IMG/VR virus record: IMGVR_UViG_3300032236_001082
Coordinates: 1-64,000 of that record
From: a virus
Length of the DNA stretch: 64,000 bases
Strand: one strand, 5' to 3'
Under the pieces are notes generated by a model. That model worked only from the letters and a program-made list of their open reading frames with translations, was not told the DNA's origin and did no database searches. The position numbers and the translations under genes were made by a program. Positions 62,296 to 64,000 of the stretch are shown here, in pieces; the stretch's first letter is position 1; every line of letters begins with the position of its first letter.

Positions 62296-64000
62296 TTGCC
62301 GAACCTCCTTCTAAGTGACGCTATTTGTCCTACAACAAGCGTAGTCACTAAGATTTTTTTAGCTTTCTTTCTTGTTACAGGCGACATATCGTTTCCAATA
62401 TTTGCCATCGCAACAAATGCTTGATTTACTGCTTCTATGCCAGGAACTGCAGCAAGTGCACCAGTTACTGGGGTTAAAACAACAGGGACAGCAATGTCTG
62501 GAGCATTAAAGCTAGTACCGCCTGGTTGTCCGATAAATGTATCAGCAGTTGTGATTGCATCTGCAGGTATTGGTAAACCAGATCCTGGAGGTGGGGGTGG
62601 AGGCGTAAGCTTTCCATCTTCTCCAACAACTTGAGGTGCACTCTTAGTACCAAAAAATTCAATACCACCATTTTCTACTCCTTTTACATCTTGTTGTATG
62701 TGTGGCACTAAAGCTTCTTTTGGGGCTTCCTTAACTACTGTATCTGAAAGTTGATCTGGGCTATTTGGCTTTACTCCAATAGCGTCTTGCTTTGCTTTAT
62801 CATCCGCCGCTTTTTGTGCATCAGCTTTAGCCTGTGCATCTTTTTGTGCTTGAATAGCAGCATCTGCTTGTGCCTTGGCATCTTTAGCTGCTTGATCCTT
62901 AGCTGCTTGATCCGCTGCAATTTTGTCTGCTTGGGCTTTTGCAGCATCTGCTGCAGCTTTAGCATTTGCTTCTTCTTGAGCTTTTTGAGCAGCCTCATCA
63001 GCTGCTTTTTGTGCAGCTATTGCAACATCTTGTTCTGCTTTTGCTTTTGCGTCCGCTTCAGCTTTTGCAGCATCTGCTGCTGCTTGTGCGTCTTTTGCTG
63101 CCTGAATTTTTGCATCTTCTGCAGCTTTATCTGCTGCTGCTTGAGCTTCTTTAGCTGCTTGTTCGGCAGCAATACGTGCATCTTCTGCAGCTTTAGCTTC
63201 TGCTGCAGCTTTCTCTTGTGCAGCTTTTGCATCTGCAATTGCTTGCTCAGCAGCTATTCTTGCAGCATCTGCTTTTGCTGCATTTTCTGCAGCAATTCTT
63301 GCTCTTTCTTCTGCAGCTGCCTTTTCTTGTGCAGCTTGTGTTGCTGCTTGTTCGGCAGCAATACGTGCATCTTCTGCAGCAATTCTTTGTTGCTCTGCAT
63401 AATAATCCGTTGTCACTTGAGCAGCATTTGTCATTGCAGTTACTGCTTCATTTACTTGTGTTGTTGCATTATTTGCTAAAGAGTCAGCAGTTTGCAATGC
63501 AATGGTTAGGTTTTGGTTTGCAGTTGTAAGGTTTTGCTGTTCTGTTGTGAGGTTTTGTTGAGCAATGGTTAGGTTTTGTTGAGCAGTATCATATGCTGCT
63601 TGAGCTGTATCAATAACAGACTGTTGTGCATCTACAGCATGGATAGCATCTTGCCAAGCTTGATAAGCAGCATTTCTTATTGCTAGCTGTGTGTCGTAGG
63701 CTGACTGAGTAGATATTACATTGGCTTTTGCTGAATCTGCTGCTGCAAGCTTAACTGGATCAACCGTTGTTGTATTTGTGCCAAACGCTGATGCACCAGG
63801 AGTTGTAAAATAACCAGTACCATCTGCTCTAAATATCATCCACCCAAGTGTACAGCTAGCACCCCCGCCATTTTCATAATACCAAATTACAAAGTCTTGA
63901 CTCTTATCAGTTGTAGTGTTATAAATTGGTGAATATGGACTCCAGGTTGTACCTTGATCACGCCAGTTGTTAATTGCTAATACGCCATCAACATACATTT
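62292..64000 (-). CDS. PA14-domain, Ala-rich coiled-coil, C-terminally anchored protein (5' truncated)
   Basis: YVDG.L.INNW.DQ...WYYENGGGA...L.W; AA(E/D)xA coiled coil; NIGNDMSP..R.KAK C-terminus. Confidence 0.75.
   Translation of the reverse strand, partial: MYVDGVLAINNWRDQGTTWSPYSPIYNTTTDKSQDFVIWYYENGGGASCTLGWMIFRADGTGYFTTPGASAFGTNTTTVDPVKLAAADSAKANVISTQSAYDTQLAIRNAAYQAWQDAIHAVDAQQSVIDTAQAAYDTAQQNLTIAQQNLTTEQQNLTTANQNLTIALQTADSLANNATTQVNEAVTAMTNAAQVTTDYYAEQQRIAAEDARIAAEQAATQAAQEKAAAEERARIAAENAAKADAARIAAEQAIADAKAAQEKAAAEAKAAEDARIAAEQAAKEAQAAADKAAEDAKIQAAKDAQAAADAAKAEADAKAKAEQDVAIAAQKAADEAAQKAQEEANAKAAADAAKAQADKIAADQAAKDQAAKDAKAQADAAIQAQKDAQAKADAQKAADDKAKQDAIGVKPNSPDQLSDTVVKEAPKEALVPHIQQDVKGVENGGIEFFGTKSAPQVVGEDGKLTPPPPPPGSGLPIPADAITTADTFIGQPGGTSFNAPDIAVPVVLTPVTGALAAVPGIEAVNQAFVAMANIGNDMSPVTRKKAKKILVTTLVVGQIASLRRRFGK

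Noticed and set aside
1-64000. Alternative genetic code, prophage or integrase, terminase next to portal
   Set aside because: The standard code gives full-length genes and there is no suppressor tRNA; no integrase or host flank seen; terminase is simply not in this window.

Overview
64 kb of an AT-rich, large tailed dsDNA phage (Caudoviricetes, HK97-type head genes). The host is very probably actinobacterial, from WhiB, an Lsr2-like domain, ahpC-ahpD, a short-arm tRNA-Leu(UAA), leaderless genes and actinobacterial operator motifs. 1-26.6 kb (minus): capsid, protease/scaffold, portal, a coupled cassette of seven 2OG-Fe(II) oxygenases, two DUF6065 proteins and a GT60-like GlcNAc-transferase directly behind an FN3 protein with 12 PP(G/S)FF(S/A)-type repeats, then tail-fibre genes, class II RNR and a GT4. 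26.7-30.2 kb (plus): transglycosylase, HNH, methyltransferase. 30.4-40.2 kb (plus): a dense early/host-takeover-like module of small genes. Its promoters carry nine matches to the PafBC (RecA-NDp) DNA-damage promoter, six CRP/GlxR-type boxes and five CGACACGCC (WhiA-like) boxes, and there is a candidate structured leader RNA. 40.2-41.1 kb: non-coding, with phased DnaA boxes. 41-64 kb (mostly minus): ThyX, GroES, HslV-like and S8 peptidases, thioredoxin, WhiB, Dps, TauD, ahpC/ahpD, eight tRNAs (including Ile-UAU) with structured spacers, and membrane proteins. Best candidates for new biology: (1) a virion prolyl-hydroxylation/Hyp-O-glycosylation system acting on a Pro-Phe repeat; (2) an early module wired into host DNA-damage, cAMP and cell-cycle regulators. 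All family calls come from motif recognition by eye; no searches were run.
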